Shown here piece by piece: positions 30,101 to 37,809 of a stretch of 64,000 nucleotides of DNA; the stretch's first letter is position 1, and the number at the start of each line of letters is the position of its first letter. Location of the stretch: positions 953 through 64,952 of the IMG/VR virus record IMGVR_UViG_3300020042_006673, one strand, 5' to 3'. The notes beneath the pieces are model-generated. The model worked only from the letters and a program-made list of their open reading frames with translations, had not been told where the DNA came from and ran no database searches. A program made the position numbers and the translations under genes. The stretch comes from a virus. Lineage: Duplodnaviria; Caudoviricetes.

Positions 30101-32068
30101 TTATGGCTACGATATCGTTCTAAAGATAATGGTGTTAACGAGCCTGTTAGTTTTCAAGCTACTATAGGCGCTTTAGCCACAGCTCAAATAGCTGCAGAAG
30201 CTATTACAGAAGCTTTACTATCAGGCGGTGTTAGTAGTGCTATCGCATTAGCTAATGCCAATGCTTCAGAGGCTTTGGCAGGGTTAATCACTAAACTTAC
30301 AAATGGTGCATCCAACGTTCTTTCTGTCGATACTGAACTGAAGACTAGCGGGTACGATGGTGGTAATGGAGTTGCAATCACTGATAATGGTATTGTTGCT
30401 CAGAAAAATGCTGTGAGTACTTTCGTTATTGAGAGTGACGGTACAGCAACTTTCGGTGGAGCTTTATCTGCTGCTACTGGTAGTTTTTCTGGCTCTTTGA
30501 CAGCAGTCACTGGTAGCTTTGGTGCAGTTACAGTAGGTGCAGCTGGAAGCATAGCTAGCAATAACTTTACGGTAGGTGGTAGTGTTGGCTGGCGTATTAC
30601 AGGCGGAGGTCTGGCTGAATTTCGGAACCTCTTAATTAAGAACGCATCTGGAAATACTGTATTAGACACGACTGGTCTTTACTGGAGTTCTGTAGTTGGT
30701 GCTGGAAAACCTGCAGATAATGCAACTGCTGATCTTACACTAATACCTACATCAGACGGTGGTACTTGTGTTGTTTTAGGTAATAATGTAACCAAGACTT
30801 CGGCAGCAGCCATGTATGATTGTGGAGCGTATAGTATTATAGCATACTCGTCTGGTGTAATGTGCTCCTTCCAATCTGTCTTTACAAATAAAAAGATAAT
30901 GGCAGGTCTGAATACAGATCCTGCACTTAATAGTAATTATACTTCATTAGATTATGCCTTTTACTTGTCTGATACAGGGAGTATCCAGATATACGAAGGT
31001 GGTGCCTCTAAAGGCAGTTTCGGTACCTACACAACAGAGACTTTGTTTAGTATTGCTTATGACAACATAACAGTTAAATATTACGTTGATAATATACTTA
31101 CGTATGTTAGTGTAAACCCATCAGTAGCCCCTGGACTAAAACTTTATTTTGACAGTGCTTTTAACTCTCAGAACGGTCAACTGTACAATATTAATCTAAG
31201 TCCTTTTACAAATAACAACTGGGGTAGTATCGGTGGTGTTGGAAAGCCTGAAGATAATGCTACAGTTGGTGCACAAATCGGTGGAAATCTCACAGGTCAA
31301 ATCAGTGGTGCTAATATATCTACGTACCTCGCACCTGCTGTTGTTACTGATGATTTTATAGGCAGCGTATCTATACCCAAGTTATTAGCTGGTAATTTAG
31401 CAGTTGGACAGTATATTCGTAGTACGGCATATAGTCCAGGTGTTAATGGTTGGGCGATTGCTGCTGACGGTACCGCTGAGTTTAGAAATGTTTTAGTACG
31501 TGGTGATGTACAAGCAACTAGCTTAAATGCCGCTACAGGGACATTCGCAGGTGCGTTAAGTGCAGCTACTGGTCAGTTTGCTGGACAACTAACGGCAGCT
31601 ACAGGGACATTCGCAGGTTCGTTAAGTGCAGCCACAGGGACATTCTCGGGTACACTGACGGCTAATGCGATCAATGCAGTGAGCACGATTAATCTCGCAG
31701 GTAATGCTGTGACAATACCTGTAGCTGCTTATTCAGCAGGTGTTGCTCCGATGGCGGGTTACAATGTAGTCCAATCTATTTCAATAAGCTCTTCAGGTGG
31801 TCCTGTTTATGTACTATGTAGCATGCTTGCAAGTAATGGTTATAGTGCAACTGTATGGATCAGGCGCGATGGTAATATCTTGTATGAAAGTTCTGTTACA
31901 CCTGTCCCTTATGGTGGAGAGCCTGGAGGTTCATATCCATTAGCATGGAGTGCATCCATCGTAGATATTCCAGGCTTTGGGTTCCATACGTACGACATTT
32001 ATGTCTTTACTGCCATTGGTGTAGAGCTCTCACAAAGATCTATTTTATTATTAGAGACTAAGAGATGA
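27086..32068 (+). CDS. Central tail fibre / host specificity protein (J-like)
   Basis: 1660 aa; VPVVYGRAVVGG N-terminal motif, FnIII-like middle, duplicated GWxIxxxGxAEFRN modules, 11-aa repeats. Confidence 0.85.
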   Translation: MAAFISAAISIALTVVSFVVQQKQASKAKNAARRAQEEADARADASKGFQIVTESKPSVVPVVYGRAVVGGSRVYHKTFNNYVYAAPGANGQVFKASDALDSNGTGSKHEWLITQQVLCIGGINACYDVDVDRRKIAGEYINEYNEVVLNVNPNNLPVGVTKVEPYAYGAMAYVYKNGGAPDPLMTANEAVRASAFFTNCAFATNVFKLNRDDPQFSGVPEGQFYIEGALVHDIVESGGVYSLSANKVYSTSPPLHLVDYLTNPSYGRGLAINKLDLASFYKAARICERVVQANVPLEGSFWNAKGGTRNVYLYENCQAIDTSKTIRENIELIKDTMNDAELLWSGGVYKLKLEYPLVYSVGSYNVGQVVQYQNKLYRSLTNGNTNSIPHASWADAIDFYLDDNTILRDGETSLSWPNAQTRLNFATVRFLNEAKDFQEDTVSWPPKTGIVPGPSLDRGEWNGATAYNISDKVNYLGAIYQLSSGTLRVSAVNPVVDLVWVPYAGNSVYATYLAEDSGLPLETEIFVTGITSYYNALAKAEYLVRNSRSAITYSINVDRTHIGIEPGDFGYIESDVYGISGDLIRATEVRPDDTGKITLSAVRYNAADLAWNIIDDEIVASRLIYNNALAQVTGLTFYRIPDVLAESSGRLAWLPSNDIRVTSYSIKYTRTEPQFITSSTVWLELGQTTSTAFDLPRLLSGSFTLTVVSMSNSRAAPFLNSDGSVAWPVVGVGFSSTVIGGTTLQSVTVYKRSSSPPLAPVGGVYDITALQFNTLPVGWTVTPPTGVNPLYSSTTIVAGTSVNTVITIVSWETPILLADTSSYALLSKPVIGILQDSQGNNFGYSNANGRFIVISNNVDVTQSVDLTFSVLSSENIGVFVDNNIGLTRGNYAVSSLTGNQGYAILRATYLGVHSDRRLTVASVPVGYVLDPSPPSEIPDATIFVDYSLVSITLTTPLTYSEGNGHLETDVYMGVGANLPFLSCDKLTAFSGPSVSFIGPLASTITLWLRYRSKDNGVNEPVSFQATIGALATAQIAAEAITEALLSGGVSSAIALANANASEALAGLITKLTNGASNVLSVDTELKTSGYDGGNGVAITDNGIVAQKNAVSTFVIESDGTATFGGALSAATGSFSGSLTAVTGSFGAVTVGAAGSIASNNFTVGGSVGWRITGGGLAEFRNLLIKNASGNTVLDTTGLYWSSVVGAGKPADNATADLTLIPTSDGGTCVVLGNNVTKTSAAAMYDCGAYSIIAYSSGVMCSFQSVFTNKKIMAGLNTDPALNSNYTSLDYAFYLSDTGSIQIYEGGASKGSFGTYTTETLFSIAYDNITVKYYVDNILTYVSVNPSVAPGLKLYFDSAFNSQNGQLYNINLSPFTNNNWGSIGGVGKPEDNATVGAQIGGNLTGQISGANISTYLAPAVVTDDFIGSVSIPKLLAGNLAVGQYIRSTAYSPGVNGWAIAADGTAEFRNVLVRGDVQATSLNAATGTFAGALSAATGQFAGQLTAATGTFAGSLSAATGTFSGTLTANAINAVSTINLAGNAVTIPVAAYSAGVAPMAGYNVVQSISISSSGGPVYVLCSMLASNGYSATVWIRRDGNILYESSVTPVPYGGEPGGSYPLAWSASIVDIPGFGFHTYDIYVFTAIGVELSQRSILLLETKR

Positions 32069-32463
32069 AAAATTTTATCGTTTATAATGCAGCAGGTACT
32101 ATTCTACGAACTGGCAATTGTCAAGATGAGACTCTAGCATATCAAGCATATTCAGGTGAAACGGTGATGGAGGGTACAGCCAACGACGCGACACAGTACA
32201 TCGTGGCTGGCGTAGTCACCGATAAACCGGTCCTTGGCAGCGCTATCGACAAGACCGATATGCTCGCCAACGGCGTTGAAGTCGCTACGATTTCCGGCCT
32301 GCCCAATCCAACGCAAGCGCTTATCCTTGGTGGGGGTTCTAACCAGAACGTTACTGTGATAGATGGTACCTTGGAGTTGACCTTCGACTTAGCTGGTATT
32401 TACAAAGTGATACTTACTGCTATAAACAAGCTGCCACAGGAGTACTTGATAAATGCGACTTAA
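32065..32463 (+). CDS. Tail-fibre-associated protein
   Basis: ATGA-coupled to the fibre gene. Confidence 0.55.
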   Translation: MKNFIVYNAAGTILRTGNCQDETLAYQAYSGETVMEGTANDATQYIVAGVVTDKPVLGSAIDKTDMLANGVEVATISGLPNPTQALILGGGSNQNVTVIDGTLELTFDLAGIYKVILTAINKLPQEYLINAT

Positions 32464-32656
32464 TATCCAAGGTTCACAACACGAGAAGAATCGGTCTGAA
32501 GTTCGCGCGGATGTATTGCTGAGTCAATTTAAAAATATGACCCCACAACAAGCCGCCAACTGGGTAGATACTAACGTCAACAATATTGCAACTGCAAAAA
32601 TTGCTTTGAAGATGTTTGCAAAGATGTTAGTCATACTCGCTAAGGATATCACCTAG
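32453..32656 (+). CDS. Hypothetical (possible fibre assembly) protein
   Basis: Overlapping start, 67 aa. Confidence 0.55.
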   Translation: MRLNIQGSQHEKNRSEVRADVLLSQFKNMTPQQAANWVDTNVNNIATAKIALKMFAKMLVILAKDIT

Positions 32657-32939
32657 GTTTTGATAGACTGGCTAGTCGTCTTCTCAACTACAGTTAGCCA
32701 ACTGGCAGTTAGGCTTTTTCGGCTTGCGAGGTTGTTGCAGGCGGCGCGATTTGGGGTGTCCCGATATGGTCGTGATGGGCACTTTTCGCGCCTCACCTGC
32801 GCACACCTGGTGCAAATTTCAGGAAGTCGATGATTTTTAACAAAAAATATTTCATCAACAGCGATCATTTTCATGGTATAATATACAATTTACGATAGTT
32901 CGTAAAGGTTCAAGTTAACCCTACTACACATTAGTGATA

Positions 32940-32958
32940 CTCGACCCCGTTAAATTAA
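32940..32958 (+). promoter_or_regulatory. Motif B copy 1 (CTCGACCCCGTTAAATTAA), candidate phage-RNAP promoter
   Basis: Exact 19-bp repeat of 54974-54992; intergenic, upstream of the lysis cassette. Confidence 0.5.
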
Positions 32959-33080
32959 AGGAATAGGTGCCCTCCCCTGTCCTCTATCTATGTTGTATAT
33001 TGTTATAGTTAATAAAAATATTATAAAAGAATGGATATGGAATATATTTATTCTTCTAACAGAACTACACGGAGTATGCT

Positions 33081-33584
33081 GTGACAGAACGTAGAGAGCC
33101 TGAAAAAATGTATACTGAAGAAGAAGCCAATCATATGATTGCAAGGGAAGTAGCAAAGCAACGTATGAATGACCTTGAAAGAAATTTAAATCAAACGACA
33201 ACTGCAGTTGTCCAAAACTTTGCTAAGTTCGATGCAAAGATGGATGCAATTGCACAACAGGTTTCTGAAATAGGTAGTAGAGATTACTTACTTAGAGATG
33301 ATGTAGAAAGAGATTTCAGTAAGTTTGAAGCGAAAATGGACAGGCTTGCTCAAATATTCGCTGATCATCAATCTGCAGTTTTTACTAGAAGCGATGCCAC
33401 TCAGGAGTTCGTGACTAAACTTACTATGGCGCAGGAAGTTCACAGTCTGAATTCAAGCATTGCTAACGTAGATAATGTGGTAAAAGGCTTAGTTATCAAG
33501 CTTACTACCATTGTCTCAACAATAACTATATTAGGCCTATTTGCGAATTATTACATTAATTTTGCAAAGGTCATTACTCCCTAA
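33081..33584 (+). CDS. Coiled-coil protein with C-terminal TM helix (lysis cassette)
   Basis: Internal duplication FAKFDAKMDAIAQ/FSKFEAKMDRLAQ; TM LTTIVSTITILGLFANYYI. Confidence 0.65.
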   Translation: MTERREPEKMYTEEEANHMIAREVAKQRMNDLERNLNQTTTAVVQNFAKFDAKMDAIAQQVSEIGSRDYLLRDDVERDFSKFEAKMDRLAQIFADHQSAVFTRSDATQEFVTKLTMAQEVHSLNSSIANVDNVVKGLVIKLTTIVSTITILGLFANYYINFAKVITP

Positions 33585-33598
33585 CATAAAGGAAATGT

Positions 33599-34159
33599 AT
33601 GCTAACATCATTGATTACTTTACTAGGTGGCGGCCTTGGTGGTCTATTACGATTTGTCCCTGAAATATTTAAATTTTTCAATGACAAAGGCGATAGAGCA
33701 CATGAGCTTGAGATGACTAAACTGCAATTAGACATCGACAAAGCTAGGGCTACACAAGCCATCGATTTTGTAAGAGCTAATTCTGAAGCAGAGCTTGCAA
33801 AGGTCTCAGTGGAAGCTCAAGGTCGAATTGCTGATAGTGAAATGAAAGCATTGGCTGAAGCTTTAAAATCTCAGAGTAAAATGACTGGAGTAGCTTGGAT
33901 TGATGGTTTAAATCAATCAGTCAGACCAATCATAACATACTGGTGGATGGCCTTATTGACTGTTTATAAAGGTGTACTTGTTATTGTAGCCACTATTGAG
34001 CTATTCGCCGTATTGAAAATTGCAAATGGTATGGCGACTTCTGCTCCAGCTTTATTGGCTTTTGCTGATAAGTTGTGGACACCTCAAGACGCTGGTATAT
34101 TAGCAATGATCTTAGGTTTCTGGTTCGTGGATCGGTCATTGAAACATCAGGTAAGATAA
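33599..34159 (+). CDS. Holin (3TM-type)
   Basis: SLITLLGGGLGGLLRFVP start, SVRPIITYWW, ILGFWFVDRS end; directly before the endolysin. Confidence 0.8.
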   Translation: MLTSLITLLGGGLGGLLRFVPEIFKFFNDKGDRAHELEMTKLQLDIDKARATQAIDFVRANSEAELAKVSVEAQGRIADSEMKALAEALKSQSKMTGVAWIDGLNQSVRPIITYWWMALLTVYKGVLVIVATIELFAVLKIANGMATSAPALLAFADKLWTPQDAGILAMILGFWFVDRSLKHQVR

Positions 34160-34161
34160 TC

Positions 34162-34581
34162 ATGGATCTTATGACGTTATATGTCCTGATACGTAGATTT
34201 GAGGGCTTACGATTAAAGGCTTATTTATGTCCGGCAGGTATTTGGACTTGTGGTTATGGCTCTACTGGCCCTGATGTGAAGCCTGGAGTGGAATGGACGT
34301 TGGAGTACGCAGAAACACGTATGAAGGCGGATGCTTCTCGTTTTGCATTGGGAACTTTGCGGTTGTGTCCTACGTTAGGAGGTGACAATCTATCTGCTAT
34401 TGCAGACTTTGCGTATAACCTAGGGCTTACTCGATTAGCTAGTTCTACACTTCTACGTAAACTTAAAAAAGGTAATACCGAAGGTGCAAGAGTTGAGTTG
34501 CATAAGTGGGTATATGGAGGTGGTAAGAAATTACCAGGTCTTGTTATCCGAAGAGCGATTGAAGCTAGTTTATTGAAATAA
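34162..34581 (+). CDS. Endolysin, GH24 lysozyme
   Basis: IRRFEGLRLKAYLCPAGIWTCGYG (E-x8-C-x5-T triad), FAYNLG, KWVYGGGKKLPGLVIRR; start moved from track 34075. Confidence 0.93.
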   Translation: MDLMTLYVLIRRFEGLRLKAYLCPAGIWTCGYGSTGPDVKPGVEWTLEYAETRMKADASRFALGTLRLCPTLGGDNLSAIADFAYNLGLTRLASSTLLRKLKKGNTEGARVELHKWVYGGGKKLPGLVIRRAIEASLLK

Positions 34582-34586
34582 AGAAT

Positions 34587-34619
34587 CCCTTGAGCCTTAA
34601 AAAGCTTGAGGGCTTTTTT
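34587..34619 (+). terminator. Intrinsic terminator after endolysin
   Basis: CCCTTGAGC/GCTTGAGGG stem (two G-U pairs) followed by T6, which overlaps motif A copy 1. Confidence 0.7.
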
Positions 34620-34644
34620 GCGAATTTCTTGGTATCTTATATGA
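34614..34644 (+). promoter_or_regulatory. Motif A copy 1, candidate early promoter
   Basis: TTTTTTGCGAATTTCTTGGTATCTTATATGA, identical to 35048-35078. Confidence 0.65.
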
Positions 34645-34679
34645 AGAGAACCATAAACCAAAACCAAAGGATAAATATC

Positions 34680-35018
34680 ATGAAAGTATTTTTTATTTTA
34701 ATTCTTGCGATACTCTCAATAACAGTCTATCTGTCAGGTGCGTCTAATGTTGAGCAAATTGAGATTGCAACGAAAGCAGCTGAAGCACAGGCCGCTAAAG
34801 CTAAATCTGATGCTGACGAATTGGCCAAGGCTTGGGCCAGATCTGAGACTGCGGTAAAGTCTGTAGGGTTGCAAGATAAGATTCAACAAATGTCTGATGA
34901 GTTGAGTGCGCCATTACTTGAACAGATTAAGCAGGATATGTCCGAGTTAGATAAAGCAAAGGCGCATAACAATGCTGAGACTGAGAGACTACTGGCTAGG
35001 CTGAAGGCTGGACAATGA
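34680..35018 (+). CDS. Signal/TM-anchored coiled-coil protein
   Basis: AAGGA RBS before ATG 34680; MKVFFILILAILSITVYLSGA, then Ala/Glu/Lys coil. Confidence 0.65.
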   Translation: MKVFFILILAILSITVYLSGASNVEQIEIATKAAEAQAAKAKSDADELAKAWARSETAVKSVGLQDKIQQMSDELSAPLLEQIKQDMSELDKAKAHNNAETERLLARLKAGQ

Positions 35019-35047
35019 AGTAAAGTTACGACATCTAAAAGCTTAAG

Positions 35048-35078
35048 TTTTTTGCGAATTTCTTGGTATCTTATATGA
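35048..35078 (+). promoter_or_regulatory. Motif A copy 2
   Basis: Exact 31-bp repeat of 34614-34644, 20 nt upstream of ATG 35098. Confidence 0.65.
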
Positions 35079-35097
35079 TAACCACCAGGAGACTTAC

Positions 35098-35640
35098 ATG
35101 AAAGCTATTTTACGATTTGCAGTAATTTGTGTAGTAGTTTATGGGTTAACTTTGTTACCTTCGCCGGCGCCTCGAGTCGAAGTTAAGCCAGTAGTAGAAT
35201 ACGAAATTGTGCCGGAGGAAACACCTGCAAAAGTGCCGACTAAGGTCTCTGCTGACAAAGAAATACATTGTTTAGCAGATGCTATTTACCATGAAGCTAG
35301 AGGTGAGGGTATTGAAGGGATGTCGGCAGTAGCATCTGTTATTATGAACAGGGTCAAAGATAGACGATGGCCTAACTCTGTTTGTAAAGTAGTTTACCAA
35401 AAGGGGCAATTTGAAGCACTGTTCCTTTGGAAGCCCGCTGACGAATCACATGCTTACAACAGAGCGCATCGTATAGCAAGGCTATTCTACTATAACAAAG
35501 GTGTAGATAAGACAGACGGTAGTTTATTTTTTAGAACTTTTAAAGTAGCCGACGCTGATGGGATTGTCATTGGTAATCATATCTTTCATAAAGAGTACAA
35601 GTATGCGGCAGTTCATGTTGCTAATAAGGAGTCTGAATGA
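35098..35640 (+). CDS. Cell wall hydrolase, SleB/Hydrolase_2 family
   Basis: CLADAIYHEARGE...AVASVIMNRV...WPNSVCKVVYQKGQF...IGNHIF; N-terminal signal/TM. Confidence 0.9.
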   Translation: MKAILRFAVICVVVYGLTLLPSPAPRVEVKPVVEYEIVPEETPAKVPTKVSADKEIHCLADAIYHEARGEGIEGMSAVASVIMNRVKDRRWPNSVCKVVYQKGQFEALFLWKPADESHAYNRAHRIARLFYYNKGVDKTDGSLFFRTFKVADADGIVIGNHIFHKEYKYAAVHVANKESE

Positions 35641-35772
35641 AATATTTTATAGACAAGTCAGGAGAAGTTTCTTCAATCATCATCGCAGCTAACTTTGTTG
35701 ATGCTGTGTTGGTTGCCAGAGCTTCACATTCAAAACAAACCAAACTACATGTAATCCCATATAAGGAGCAGT

Positions 35773-35982
35773 ATGACCCGTATTTTAAACTTTCCATTAT
35801 CTGAGACATTGACCGTGGACTTGGCTTTAAAAAGCGCTATAACGGCGAGTGAGCTGCTGTCTACTGTACTTATAGTAGGCTACTACAAGGATGGTCGAAT
35901 GTTTGTAAGATCATCGCGAATGGACCGTAAAGATGCTTTATGGCTATCTGAGCAATTAAGGGATTACGCAAAACATTCTTAA
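35773..35982 (+). CDS. Hypothetical protein
   Basis: AAGGAG RBS. Confidence 0.65.
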   Translation: MTRILNFPLSETLTVDLALKSAITASELLSTVLIVGYYKDGRMFVRSSRMDRKDALWLSEQLRDYAKHS

Positions 35983-36006
35983 ATCAGCATTCTTAAAGGA
36001 GAAAAA

Positions 36007-36297
36007 ATGTCTAACAGTAAATTAACTTTAGTAGCATTTGTGATTTGTATTTCCTTCGGTCTTTTGATGGCTAGTAATGTTTCAGCAGAGACCGTTAGAG
36101 AAGTGGATTCCGTCACAGGTAGTACTCAGTACCACAAGCCCGCACTTAAACGTGAGGGCCAAAAAGTCTATGAGGTGAGAGATGGTAGAGTGCAATACGG
36201 CAAACCTGCTTATGTTCTTGATAAAGGTGTTTGGCGTAGTACCTATCCAGGCACGAATCGGATAGACTACAACCGGCCTGGTTTTAAACCTGAATAG
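36007..36297 (+). CDS. Putative secreted protein
   Basis: AAGGAG RBS; signal peptide ending in VSA. Confidence 0.65.
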   Translation: MSNSKLTLVAFVICISFGLLMASNVSAETVREVDSVTGSTQYHKPALKREGQKVYEVRDGRVQYGKPAYVLDKGVWRSTYPGTNRIDYNRPGFKPE

Positions 36298-36327
36298 TGA
36301 TTTGTTAATAACTCAAAGGAGATTTAC

Positions 36328-36525
36328 ATGAATGGGATCATAGACACGGTTATGATTGGCGATAAGATGTACAACATTGTTGAAAGTACTGCCTTGAACG
36401 GTTGTGATGGCTGCGCACTGGTGACAGAAGGTTGTTTCTTCCTAGATAGACCTTTTTGTACCAGTCCACAGAGACATGATAACCGTGAAGTAATCTTCAT
36501 GGCAGTAGTGCCAATCAAACAATAA
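36328..36525 (+). CDS. Small Cys-containing hypothetical protein
   Basis: AAGGAG RBS; CDGC...CFF...C. Confidence 0.6.
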   Translation: MNGIIDTVMIGDKMYNIVESTALNGCDGCALVTEGCFFLDRPFCTSPQRHDNREVIFMAVVPIKQ

Positions 36526-36541
36526 ATTTATAATATGTTTA

Positions 36542-36568
36542 TTGCGGGTTTTCAGGTATCTTATATGA
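36542..36568 (+). promoter_or_regulatory. Motif A copy 3
   Basis: TTGCG-GGTTTTCA-GGTATCTTATATGA; same 8-nt spacer as copies 1 and 2. Confidence 0.6.
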
Positions 36569-36609
36569 AGAAGTAGTAAACTAGTAGTAAAACCAAAAGG
36601 AGATTTAAA

Positions 36610-36756
36610 ATGAAACAAGGTAAAGAAATGAAGGTAGCTCGCGGTTCCGCTCGTGCAAGTCGTCGTATGGGTATCCCTCGAAAGGGCACTAATGCTCGTA
36701 AGCTGTGGGACAACCCACCTAAAGAAACAGAAGTCGAAGTAGACGGCAATAAATAG
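36610..36756 (+). CDS. Small basic protein (48 aa)
   Basis: AAGGAG RBS; MKQGKEMKVARGSARASRRMGIPRKG...; not in track. Confidence 0.6.
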   Translation: MKQGKEMKVARGSARASRRMGIPRKGTNARKLWDNPPKETEVEVDGNK

Positions 36757-36803
36757 TATTCAGTTAATGTATCACATTCAATTACCCCAAAAGGAGATTT
36801 AAA

Positions 36804-37274
36804 ATGAACGTTCAATATGTAATTTCAGAAGAGTCTTTTGATGCTGCTGGTAACTTGGTTGTTGTCTACAAACCTACCAGCCCCTATTCACGGCTAATTG
36901 CCAATGTGAAGAAGTGGGGTGCGTCAGTCTGTTTAGTAGCCATCTCTGCAATAGCAGGTTGGGCTTATGGCGAAAATCTACAATTCGAGGGTAATACTTT
37001 GTGGTCCAATTCGGATCGCATTATCGTATTACAATCTCAGAAGAAAGCTTTGACTTCCGCCAATGCAGTACTTACCGCAGAATTGACGAAGACACAAGCA
37101 GAGCTAAAAGTTAAATCAGCAGCGCTATCCAATGCCTTGATCCCCGAGGCAACTGCAGGTGAAGCTTTCAACAATCATGTCTGGCAGCCTATCAAATCCA
37201 CAGCTGTTTCTGTGGGCGCCGTAGTAGCTGAATCAAGCAAATCTGCTTACGCTACAGTGGCAGGTCTGTTCTGA
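36804..37274 (+). CDS. Membrane-anchored coiled-coil protein
   Basis: AAGGAG RBS; TM WGASVCLVAISAIAGWAY. Confidence 0.7.
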   Translation: MNVQYVISEESFDAAGNLVVVYKPTSPYSRLIANVKKWGASVCLVAISAIAGWAYGENLQFEGNTLWSNSDRIIVLQSQKKALTSANAVLTAELTKTQAELKVKSAALSNALIPEATAGEAFNNHVWQPIKSTAVSVGAVVAESSKSAYATVAGLF

Positions 37275-37573
37275 TGAAAAAAGAAAAGAAGTCAATCGTC
37301 GCAGTTTGGGCAAGGGGAATCTGGGATTGGTGCAAGGGTGCTGACAAAGAACCCAGGTTGTATGAAGTGTATCGAGCTATCGCAAAGGCTAAGGCCAGTC
37401 TTCGTGACTTGGACTACATGCTTTCTGCACCTACAAGGTTGGAGCTAGAAATGGCTGAAGTCGATAAGCTGGGTCACATAATCAACACGGCACCGCCTGG
37501 CTCTAAAAAGTATCTTGCAGCTATCAAAGAGTTAGAAAAGCTTGACAAGAAGTTTCAGTCTGGAAGGCGGTAA
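37274..37573 (+). CDS. Hypothetical protein
   Basis: TGATG-coupled, 99 aa. Confidence 0.65.
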   Translation: MKKEKKSIVAVWARGIWDWCKGADKEPRLYEVYRAIAKAKASLRDLDYMLSAPTRLELEMAEVDKLGHIINTAPPGSKKYLAAIKELEKLDKKFQSGRR

Positions 37574-37578
37574 GTAGA

Positions 37579-37630
37579 GTCCATCCCTTCGGGGATGGGC
37601 TTTCTTTCTTCTTTCTTTTATTTTTTTTTT
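37579..37630 (+). terminator. Strong intrinsic terminator
   Basis: GTCCATCCC-TTCG-GGGATGGGC followed by a ~30-nt T-rich tract. Confidence 0.9.
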
Positions 37631-37663
37631 GTATTGTTGCGTATCACAGTGCTTTAGGTAACC

Positions 37664-37792
37664 ATGCTAAAATATGAAATATATTTTAGGCTGATGATCG
37701 CCGTACGAATGATAGCCTTCGTGTTTGTAAACGGAGTAGCAATATGTTTATTGATTTATTGTATTCCTTGGTTATTAAATATAGTAGTTTAA
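37664..37792 (+). CDS. Possible small membrane peptide (42 aa)
   Basis: Hand-translated hydrophobic ORF MLKYEIYFRLMIAVRMIAFVFVNGVAICLL...; weak RBS. Confidence 0.35.
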   Translation: MLKYEIYFRLMIAVRMIAFVFVNGVAICLLIYCIPWLLNIVV

Positions 37793-37809
37793 TTGGGGAC
37801 TAAGTTTCA

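Noticed and set aside
32653-32874. 73-aa minus-strand ORF after the tail genes
   Set aside because: No RBS, atypical composition; coincides with the GC-rich regulatory island
34614-34644. Motif A as an ordinary sigma70 promoter
   Set aside because: TTGCGA lies only 9 nt from TATCTT and 14 nt from TATATG, not 16-18; a weak extended -10 reading cannot be fully excluded
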